Part shown: piece after piece, positions 56,591 to 64,000 of the stretch
Layout: each line of letters starts with the position of its first letter
How positions within the stretch are numbered: the first letter of the stretch is position 1
From: a virus
DNA: 64,000 nucleotides
Virus record (IMG/VR): IMGVR_UViG_3300023202_000137
Coordinates: 1 to 64,000 of that record
Strand: one strand, 5' to 3'
The notes under the pieces: generated by a model
Told to the model about the DNA's origin: nothing
The model's input: only the letters and a program-made list of their open reading frames with translations
The model's database searches: none
Made by a program: the position numbers and the translations under genes

Positions 56591-57532
56591 CTACGCAACC
56601 AGTACGTTCTGAACCTTCACCGCAGCGGTTTCCTCTGCGAGCTTCGTATCGAAGCGTAGAGTTGCCACGATGATCACAACGCCAGCCGACACGTCCTTGT
56701 CGGTCTCCACGCGGATGTTCCGCCAGATACCAACGTTGACGTTCTTCGGATCTGTCAAGATCATCTCGGTGCTGTCGTTGCCGCCGCCCAAGTCTTCCGG
56801 TGCCACGGGCACTGGGACGATTGGAACACCGGAATACATCACCGGGGCATCTTGCTCCAGGAACCGATCGCCAACCACCGTCGCACGCTCAGCGAGCGCG
56901 TCACGGTAATCGATCTCGGAGTCGATGCTGGTCATGAACCGCATCTGACGCTTGTTGCGTAAGAACTCCGAGGGCATGGTCTTCAGCGAGTCACGGAACA
57001 ACGTCTTGTTGGTCCGTGCGCCCGCTGCATCCACCAGGTTACTGGTGGTCAGCGCACGCACGCCGTCGAACTTGGCAAAGAAGGGGTCGGCAGAGCCGGT
57101 GTCCCCGTTCCAGATCATATCGTCCATGTCGAGCGCGACGCGCTCGGCCATCAACTCCATGACCGTTTGGCGGAAGTTGCCCCGCTCGATGCTGTCTTCC
57201 AGCACCTCGTTGGACAACCGTACCTCTGCCTTGAAGAGTTGGGCATCCAACTCAACCAGAGAGAGGTCCGGCTTACTCCGCTCTGCCTGGGTCAGAGCTA
57301 CGGCCTCGTTTCCAGCTCGGAGAATTCGTCCGGCGAACCGGATCTTCTCGATGAGCTGCTTGGGCGACCGCATCGGAACCACGGTGGCCATCTTCATGAG
57401 CACCGCTTCGTCGATGAGAATGCGCATGAAGCGCTGGGCTTGCGCTGGCTGCAGAAGCCCACCGTCGTTGGTGAGATCCGCCAAGGCCATATCGGCCTTT
57501 TCCAGCAGGGTTCGGTTTGCAGTAACAGTCAT
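56591..57532 (-). CDS. Major capsid protein (HK97 fold, XkdG-like)
   Basis: GGLL.P.QA..F, E.LEDSIE, D......NGD, +LT.P.N...G. Confidence 0.9.
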   Translation of the reverse strand: MTVTANRTLLEKADMALADLTNDGGLLQPAQAQRFMRILIDEAVLMKMATVVPMRSPKQLIEKIRFAGRILRAGNEAVALTQAERSKPDLSLVELDAQLFKAEVRLSNEVLEDSIERGNFRQTVMELMAERVALDMDDMIWNGDTGSADPFFAKFDGVRALTTSNLVDAAGARTNKTLFRDSLKTMPSEFLRNKRQMRFMTSIDSEIDYRDALAERATVVGDRFLEQDAPVMYSGVPIVPVPVAPEDLGGGNDSTEMILTDPKNVNVGIWRNIRVETDKDVSAGVVIIVATLRFDTKLAEETAAVKVQNVLVA

Positions 57533-57578
57533 TTCTCAAATACTCCTGCGCCTAGGTGACGCGATTTCGGGTTGAATC

Positions 57579-58778
57579 TCAGTAGTCCCGCTGCTTGGCG
57601 TTCATGTCGTGGGGCCAAACTACATCCCCAGTGTCTTTCTTCGTCACGCTCTCCCCGGTGGGGGTTTGCGACGATGGAAGACCAACGCCATTCTTCAAGG
57701 ACTCGATCTCCTCGCGTTGCTTCTCAATGGTTTTGTTCTGCTTGGAGACCTTCTTCTTGAGGTCGCGCATCTCATCCAGACTTTCCTGGAGTTGGTCCGC
57801 AACCTTGGTGAGATCGGCCAACCCCGGAATGTCCCGCATGATACGAGCTGCATCCGAAACCGCGCTGTCATCAGGCTGCTCACCTGACCCAACGTTCGGG
57901 CCCTTGGTATTCGGAGCATCTTGGGGGGCTTTCTTTGCTTCGGATACGACTTCTTTCATCGTACCGAAAAGCTCCTTTAGCTCCTGCATCCACTGACCTC
58001 TGGCCTTGCTTGTGCCTTCCCGATTGTCGCTGTTGCCGTCATCGCTTCGCCCTTCAACGAGCGAAGGATCACCGCCACGACTTTCGAGTACGGCGTCGGC
58101 ATGTCGCTCCAGGTGCCGACGCGCTGCAGCCAACTCATCCTCGGGCAAGTCGGATTTCTCCAACGCCTTGAGAGATCGCTTCAACGCCTCAACGTCCAGA
58201 GTTTCATGCTCGTTCGGGTCACCCACATCGGAACTGTGGTGACGGAAGAAACGCGTGGCTGCATCCTCACCCTTCGCAGTCTTCACAACTGCAAAGGCAG
58301 AGTCGGGAAACTTCTTCTGCGCCTTCGCCTTCTTCTTCTTCTTATTCTTCTTGCCTTTGTCTTTGCTGTAGGTGGTGTCATCGTCGTCGTCATCGTCGTC
58401 GTCCTGTTTGACGATGCCTGACTTGGACACCACACGGATGGCATCCCCTATATCCTTGGCTAGTTCCTCGGGAATTGAAGCACTCGTGTCGTCAATCTGT
58501 GCAGACTTCACAATTTCTTGGATGCCCTGCAGGCGACTCAGGGTTTTGCCGACGGCTTCGAGGATGGACTCGCGTGACTCAGTGCTGAGTGCGAGCGCGC
58601 TCTGGGCACTGAAGCTGCCGTCATCGTTCTCAACGATCTCGGGAGCAACGTTGCCGCGCTTTGTGAGAATGAACTTGCGCTTGTTTGCGGCGCGATCTAC
58701 GAGGCTCACCTCTTCGGTTTCGATGTCTTCGAGTCGATGTAGCCCGTCGCCATCGGACCGTGCTTTTCGAATTGTCAC
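57579..58778 (-). CDS. Capsid scaffold-like protein
   Basis: L.D....EVSLVDRAANKRKF N-terminus, FPDSAFA..R...HH domain, C-terminal coiled coil. Confidence 0.65.
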   Translation of the reverse strand: MTIRKARSDGDGLHRLEDIETEEVSLVDRAANKRKFILTKRGNVAPEIVENDDGSFSAQSALALSTESRESILEAVGKTLSRLQGIQEIVKSAQIDDTSASIPEELAKDIGDAIRVVSKSGIVKQDDDDDDDDDTTYSKDKGKKNKKKKKAKAQKKFPDSAFAVVKTAKGEDAATRFFRHHSSDVGDPNEHETLDVEALKRSLKALEKSDLPEDELAAARRHLERHADAVLESRGGDPSLVEGRSDDGNSDNREGTSKARGQWMQELKELFGTMKEVVSEAKKAPQDAPNTKGPNVGSGEQPDDSAVSDAARIMRDIPGLADLTKVADQLQESLDEMRDLKKKVSKQNKTIEKQREEIESLKNGVGLPSSQTPTGESVTKKDTGDVVWPHDMNAKQRDY

Positions 58779-61700
58779 GCAGCCTCCTTAACAGGTTTTC
58801 GAAGTGCGGACCCTCCGATAGAAAACCCTGTGAGATCACCTCGTTTTATCGCTCGCCAGAGTGCGTCGTCAAGAACGCGAACAGCGAGCAGCCACGTGCC
58901 CTTGCGGACCTTCGTTCCGTTCACGTTCATCTCCACTGGGGCAACGTAGCTTTCCAAGATCTTGACCTTGCTGTTGATCACCCCCTTGTGCATCAGTCCG
59001 ATATTACGGAACTTCTCCATGAATTTGTGGGCGCTCTCTCGAATATCCTCTGCGCTGTAGATGTCCTTCTGGGTGTCGGGATCGAGCGGCGCGCCTTCCG
59101 TACCATCGTTTGGCTCCAGCACCACGCCAAGCACGAAGCGTTCGTCGTCGGTAGACTTCTCGGTCTTCAGCAATGGCAGCTTTTTCTGCAGGACCTCGTC
59201 AAACGCCTTCTGATCCTCTGTCTGTGCATTACCCTTGAACACTGCGCAAAGCTCATTTCCACCGAACGTGTAGCTCGCATCGGCTGCTTTGATGATAGCA
59301 CCGTTCGACTCGGGAGACTCATTTGCCCAGACCAGCGCCTCCTGCAGCTCGATATCCGTACGGACCAATTGCGAGGGGGTCAGGTACACCTGCTCTGACT
59401 TCTGCAACAAATGCTCGACCTTGCGGCGTCGCTCGATATATCGCTTCGCCGTCACATTGCCTGCACTGGGGAGGAACAGTGCGTCATGAATACCTAGGTA
59501 AGTGGTCGCGCGATCACCAGAGGTAATAAATCCGTCGAGCACAAAGTCCCCGCCCAGCTTTCGTACCTCGTTCTCGATGTCGCATCGAAGCTCCTCGCGC
59601 TTCTCGGTCTGTCGCTTCAGGATTCCAATCACACCCTTAACCCCAGCGGTCAGGGTGATGGTTCGGAACGATCCCTCTTTGAACTCTCCGGGCTCTCGCT
59701 GACGGAACCGATAGGAATCCTCGGTTTCATCAACCTTGCCCGAAGTGAACTCATGCTCTTTCAACCAGCGTCGAGCATCGGCTTCGCTCTTGAAACGCTT
59801 TTTGTCCAAGATCAGTGTTTGCAGCGTCGTGCTTTGCTTCATGAAGATGCGCACGCGCTCGGCTCGCTTTTGCACGGAGACTTCCAGCCCATCGAGGCGT
59901 GGTTCCACGAGCATCCCACCTTGCAACGTGGTCGATGTCGCAACCTTCTGCAGAAGCTCCTCGCCGCTTGCGTACTCTGAACCCATCATGGGTTCGTAGA
60001 GTGCGAACGGTCGTAGCTGACGACGGTCCAGAGAGGGATCTGTCGAATTCGCCCAGACCTGGAGCCCCTGACGTACCGGGACTTGCTTGATCACGGAGTA
60101 AGATTCGACGGGCTCCAACTCGGCTTTCGCCAATTCGTACTCTGCGAAGCGTTTGGACAACTCCCCTCTGTTCTGGACTTCGTTGATGTGGCCGGGGGCA
60201 AAGCTCGCAGCACAGTCGTTGCACTCGACAACAGACAAAGAGCGACCGCCGTCCATGTGGCTTTTGCCGGTCTTGCGAACATTGAGGCTACCGCAAGGCG
60301 GGCATTCTACATGGCTGAGGTCTTCCCCGCGACGCAAGAAAACCTGCGCCGACGCTCCGCGACTCGACTTGCTAATCTCCTGGGACTCCTCTGCGACGAG
60401 AACCCAATGCCTTGATCCCGGCTCCTCTGCCTTGAGCGTGTAGATGCCTCGCATCTTTCCACGGAACCGCAGTCGGATCTCATCCTCACTTTTGCTCAAG
60501 AACTCCACAAACCCAGAGTCCACGTTTCGTACCCAGCTCTCCATGCTCTTGGTAGCATTGAGAATCTCGCCACCGATTTGCTCGGCAGGCTTTGCCTGAC
60601 CCTCGAACTTCATGAGCTTTGTGCTCTTGAGCGTGCGGCAATCCCCTGCGATGCGCTCGTGCCCCTGCAAGGGGTCGCGGTCTAGCGCCCAGGCTTGCTT
60701 TCCAATCACAAGATGCCACCGCTCTCGCGTGGGGCTGTCACCCTCTGCCGATTTCCATTGCTGCCAAGCAATTCCGTAGGGCTTCGATGTCTCTTTGTCC
60801 TTCTGTGTTCCTGTGTCGAGGTATATTTTATGTAGGACCCGCTGGAAGTCCCCGTTAACGACTTTCACGTTCGAGTCAGTGAAATGTCCACGCTTCACCA
60901 ACTCGTCGCGCATTGCGCGAGCTTCCTCCCCACGAGCCTCCCAGTATCGCAAGGAACTTGGCACGAGTCGTTCGAGCGAAACAGGAATTCCAGAGTACCC
61001 GTCAGGCGGCATGACTCTGGCCTTTGCTGCACGCTCGGTGAGCACGAGTGGGCGAAGGTCCGTCTGCCATTGGGACCACCACCGGGGTTTCTCGGTTTTT
61101 TGCAGCGAGAACAGCAACCGCCCCTGGAACTCTGGGTCGCCCGTAAAAAAATACTCGTGAGCCGATGGTGTCTGCAGGCCGTACTCGACCTTTAGGTCTG
61201 GATCGGTCACCCGAGATAGTACTGCGGGCTCCTCTGCAGTTGCCCCAACCTCACCTGGCTGGACCTTCTCGTGATCGAGATTTAGCCAGGCCATGGGGCT
61301 CTGCCCCTTCGGGGTAGCAGCAACCCCCTCATTCCAATCACGCTCAAAGTAAGAGCCGCTCTTTTGAAATCGTCGAGCAAATCGCCTGGCCTCCCTTACG
61401 TCTTTGACTGTCGGAACCCGACCGGGCTGGTGGTTGTCAATGGTCCACCCCACCGTCACGTCGTCGAGCTGCAACCGGAGGTCGCCGTGCATCCCCTTGC
61501 CTATAAAATGGTACTGATAGACGGCCTGGCGCTTCCCCCTAGACTTCGGAACCAAGCACAGCGCCTCGGCCTTAGTCACAGTGTCGATGCACTGCTGACC
61601 GTGAACCTCAGCGTCACTGGCCTGGAGGATTCGAAACTCTCCATCCCCGGGCCGTACCTCGTGAGACTTGGGCACCAGCCATAGGTCGTACAGGCCCACC

Positions 61701-64000
61701 CTATTTTCAGGACCCCCGATGTCTCCACCCTCCGCTGCGGCGGTTCGACCAAACATTCCCTCGGGAACAAGGGATTCTATGTGAGGGGAAAGACTGGGCC
61801 CGCTCAATAGAAGGTCGATGTCACCTTTGGTGACTCCCCAGTTCGCGAGACCGCCGACAACTGACACCGCATCACGCTCCAGAAGCACGGGTCGTAGCTG
61901 GGTCGTCACTTGATCTAGCTGAATTTCTCCGCTGTGCTCTCGGGAATTCTTTGAGTGATGCGAGCGGCCAAACTCATCCGACGCCAGTCGCATCACTTCA
62001 GACAATGCACCCAGACCGTTGGTAACTCCCTTGCCAAGCGACTTGATAGCGTCCTGTGGAAGTTTCGACAGATGTCCGTGGAGATCTTTGACCACCTGCA
62101 GAAGATTGTGTTCCCCACACTTCGTCAGCTTTCCGGTGTTAACCGCCGAGAGATCTTTCTTCAAAGCCTCCGCGCGTCTGGGGAACGAATCAAGAAACGA
62201 CACGATTGGTTGCTTGCCCTGCATGCCCGACAGCAAAGAGACGCTGCGCTTGCAGAAGCTCGGCGCGAGTACAGCGAGCTGATGTGCTAGCGACTGTGCA
62301 GACTTCAGCGATTCAACTTCATCGTCGTTCAGCTCTATGGCTTCGGGCTCTGGGTCTTTGAACTTCTCTACTTTTGAAACGCGGTACCCCCAAAGAACTT
62401 TGGATTTCGGCCACCGCTTCTCGCGCTCCTCATCAGTCAACCCATGCTCGGTCACCGTCTCGGCAAACTTCCATGTCGAGATCTTCTCTGCGGCCTCAAC
62501 TTCGATGATTCCGTAGTCGGTGCTTCCGTCGGTAACCAGCACCGGGCCTTCGATGCTGTGCTTCTTTGCTTCGAGAAACATCGACACATCACCGTCGATG
62601 ATCTTACGAGCGTGGTCCGGTGTCGTCTCGAATTCCAGAGCTGCTCGTCGTCGCCTTTCATCGCTTTCACGCAACGAGTGTCTTGCCTCTGCACCAGCGT
62701 CGATGAACAAATCGCTGGTGCCGAACCAATTGATCGGACCGTCCACCACCTGGCACTCGCCAACCGACCCGGTCTCCGCTCGAAGATAGAACCGGCAATT
62801 GCCGCACACCCGCTCCCGGTCGGCAGACTGCCCTAGCTCTGGGACATAATCGGCCTCGTCTTGATTGAATTTCCTACCGTTTTCCTCCACCCGCCTGATC
62901 GTCTCGTCGGCCTCCCAGCCACGGCTATTTTGGGGGGCTTGCTTGGTCGCGCGATCTCGATCTTCCTCGATGGCCTTTCGGATGTGCTCGGTTTCGGGCC
63001 CGACGTACACAAGCAACGGACTCGTGTAGCTCTTGGCTAGCTCAACGACCTCGCGATCCATGGTATCGAACATCTCGTCGTAGCCAAGCATCGCCTTTTG
63101 CATGGGGAGTATCTCCCCCTTCTCTAGCGACTTATTTATATGGCTGTTGAGTTTCTGGAAAAACCGTTTGTAGGTTCGGATCGAAAAACGCAGTCGGTCT
63201 TCCCGCTTCAGGAAGTCAAATCCCTTGGCTTGCGCAGAGTCTCGAATTTCCTTTGGAACTTTGTCTTTCGCGAAACCTGATACACCTGGCCAACCGTTCT
63301 TTCGAGTCGTGAGCACTTCGACGCGACCGTAGGCAGGGCCAAAGGCCCACGAGGTAAAATCAAACGAGTCAACGTGCTTCCAGAACTCTGCGTACCGCCA
63401 ACTTCGGCGACCAACACCCAATAGATGCAAGTAGGTGTGGTTGTGTGTCTTGCAGAGATCTGTACGCTTTCGACATACCTCGATAAGCTGGGTGTTCGTT
63501 GCGCTCCGATAGCTTCCCTTGCCTTTTCCCCCTTCAGAGCTTCCCCCTTTGCCGTCCTTCTTTTCTTCTTTGTCTTTGCGCGACAGCCAAAACGAATTGA
63601 CCATGCCACCCCAGGCAACTTTCTTCCCGGTGCGGTAGTATTGCTTCGCGCGGTCCGTGATCTTTGTTGGGATGTGGTCAACATATATGGGGGCAACACC
63701 CAACTTCACTAGGGCTTCAAAGTTTTCGTCGGTCTTCTTTGGGCTCGACGGAACGTCGATGGGCATGAACTCTTCAACAAGTGACTTGTGAGACTTCACA
63801 AAGTCGGCGTACTCTTCGATTGATACCTTTCCCCCATGCACTGCTGCAGAAAACGCACCCGAGTCCAGCAACACACGCACGCCGTTTAGCTCCTTGGGTA
63901 ACCCTTTCTTGAAGTAGTGGTAGGAAACGAGCATCTCTCGGATGCCCTCTTCCTTGAGTATCTGGATCTGATCTTTGGCTACGGCGACGAAATACGAGTG
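58775..64000 (-). CDS. Giant multidomain protein: TGT-like, HiPIP-like, ASCH-like, NTase, 2x LigD-PE-like, Zn ribbon, degenerate ATP-ligase, XkdF prohead protease (5' partial)
   Basis: Frame open from 64000 (HSYFVAV...MLVSY). DSGAFS/HLLG/DFTSW; QYH....HGDLR; EPRLDG; C-terminal VLEP, D.Q.D, AH.FM, MH, ESY, GTW, TGFSIGG. Confidence 0.85.
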   Translation of the reverse strand, partial: HSYFVAVAKDQIQILKEEGIREMLVSYHYFKKGLPKELNGVRVLLDSGAFSAAVHGGKVSIEEYADFVKSHKSLVEEFMPIDVPSSPKKTDENFEALVKLGVAPIYVDHIPTKITDRAKQYYRTGKKVAWGGMVNSFWLSRKDKEEKKDGKGGSSEGGKGKGSYRSATNTQLIEVCRKRTDLCKTHNHTYLHLLGVGRRSWRYAEFWKHVDSFDFTSWAFGPAYGRVEVLTTRKNGWPGVSGFAKDKVPKEIRDSAQAKGFDFLKREDRLRFSIRTYKRFFQKLNSHINKSLEKGEILPMQKAMLGYDEMFDTMDREVVELAKSYTSPLLVYVGPETEHIRKAIEEDRDRATKQAPQNSRGWEADETIRRVEENGRKFNQDEADYVPELGQSADRERVCGNCRFYLRAETGSVGECQVVDGPINWFGTSDLFIDAGAEARHSLRESDERRRRAALEFETTPDHARKIIDGDVSMFLEAKKHSIEGPVLVTDGSTDYGIIEVEAAEKISTWKFAETVTEHGLTDEEREKRWPKSKVLWGYRVSKVEKFKDPEPEAIELNDDEVESLKSAQSLAHQLAVLAPSFCKRSVSLLSGMQGKQPIVSFLDSFPRRAEALKKDLSAVNTGKLTKCGEHNLLQVVKDLHGHLSKLPQDAIKSLGKGVTNGLGALSEVMRLASDEFGRSHHSKNSREHSGEIQLDQVTTQLRPVLLERDAVSVVGGLANWGVTKGDIDLLLSGPSLSPHIESLVPEGMFGRTAAAEGGDIGGPENRVGLYDLWLVPKSHEVRPGDGEFRILQASDAEVHGQQCIDTVTKAEALCLVPKSRGKRQAVYQYHFIGKGMHGDLRLQLDDVTVGWTIDNHQPGRVPTVKDVREARRFARRFQKSGSYFERDWNEGVAATPKGQSPMAWLNLDHEKVQPGEVGATAEEPAVLSRVTDPDLKVEYGLQTPSAHEYFFTGDPEFQGRLLFSLQKTEKPRWWSQWQTDLRPLVLTERAAKARVMPPDGYSGIPVSLERLVPSSLRYWEARGEEARAMRDELVKRGHFTDSNVKVVNGDFQRVLHKIYLDTGTQKDKETSKPYGIAWQQWKSAEGDSPTRERWHLVIGKQAWALDRDPLQGHERIAGDCRTLKSTKLMKFEGQAKPAEQIGGEILNATKSMESWVRNVDSGFVEFLSKSEDEIRLRFRGKMRGIYTLKAEEPGSRHWVLVAEESQEISKSSRGASAQVFLRRGEDLSHVECPPCGSLNVRKTGKSHMDGGRSLSVVECNDCAASFAPGHINEVQNRGELSKRFAEYELAKAELEPVESYSVIKQVPVRQGLQVWANSTDPSLDRRQLRPFALYEPMMGSEYASGEELLQKVATSTTLQGGMLVEPRLDGLEVSVQKRAERVRIFMKQSTTLQTLILDKKRFKSEADARRWLKEHEFTSGKVDETEDSYRFRQREPGEFKEGSFRTITLTAGVKGVIGILKRQTEKREELRCDIENEVRKLGGDFVLDGFITSGDRATTYLGIHDALFLPSAGNVTAKRYIERRRKVEHLLQKSEQVYLTPSQLVRTDIELQEALVWANESPESNGAIIKAADASYTFGGNELCAVFKGNAQTEDQKAFDEVLQKKLPLLKTEKSTDDERFVLGVVLEPNDGTEGAPLDPDTQKDIYSAEDIRESAHKFMEKFRNIGLMHKGVINSKVKILESYVAPVEMNVNGTKVRKGTWLLAVRVLDDALWRAIKRGDLTGFSIGGSALRKPVKEAA

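Noticed and set aside
58320-58405. Poly-Asp/poly-Lys repeats as a DNA element
   Set aside because: Explained by a low-complexity scaffold linker.
1-64000. Integrase/att, tRNA, reverse transcriptase/DGR, intein, DNA polymerase, portal
   Set aside because: No recognisable motifs by eye; they may lie outside the window, and tRNAscan/HMM searches were not run.

Overview
The whole window is part of a tailed dsDNA phage genome (contractile-tailed, HK97-fold capsid), read almost entirely on the minus strand. From right to left it holds: (1) a >1,700-aa multidomain protein, open to the window edge, ending in an XkdF-type prohead protease; (2) scaffold, major capsid, neck, sheath, tube, chaperone (with a -1 frameshift), tape measure, baseplate and fibre genes; (3) holin-like and membrane genes, an MshEN-like gene, a terminase large subunit displaced from the head module, and a spanin-like pair; (4) a 3-gene plus-strand island (GGCT-like, receiver domain, Fis-type HTH) containing a parS-type palindrome; (5) a probable early operon (amidoligase, GGCT-like, DUF6744/DUF3150-like, RavA-like AAA+, ViaA-like VWA); (6) recombination and replication genes (PD-(D/E)XK nuclease, Sak4-like ATPase, DUF669 SSB-like, an initiator with internal iterons, primase-helicase); (7) an amidase endolysin, an orphan fibre gene, DUF968, ASCH, RusA, a matrixin-like protease and many small ORFs; (8) a partial HTH ORF missed by the ORF track (TerS candidate). 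No integrase, portal, tRNA or CRISPR was recognised. The strongest novelty candidate is the head-protease polyprotein: TGT/DpdA-like, HiPIP-like, ASCH-like, NTase, 2x LigD-PE-like and degenerate ligase domains, separated by recurrent Lys-Ser/Ala/Gln linker motifs. All family calls come from motif recognition by eye, not database searches. A Myxococcota-like host is only an impression.
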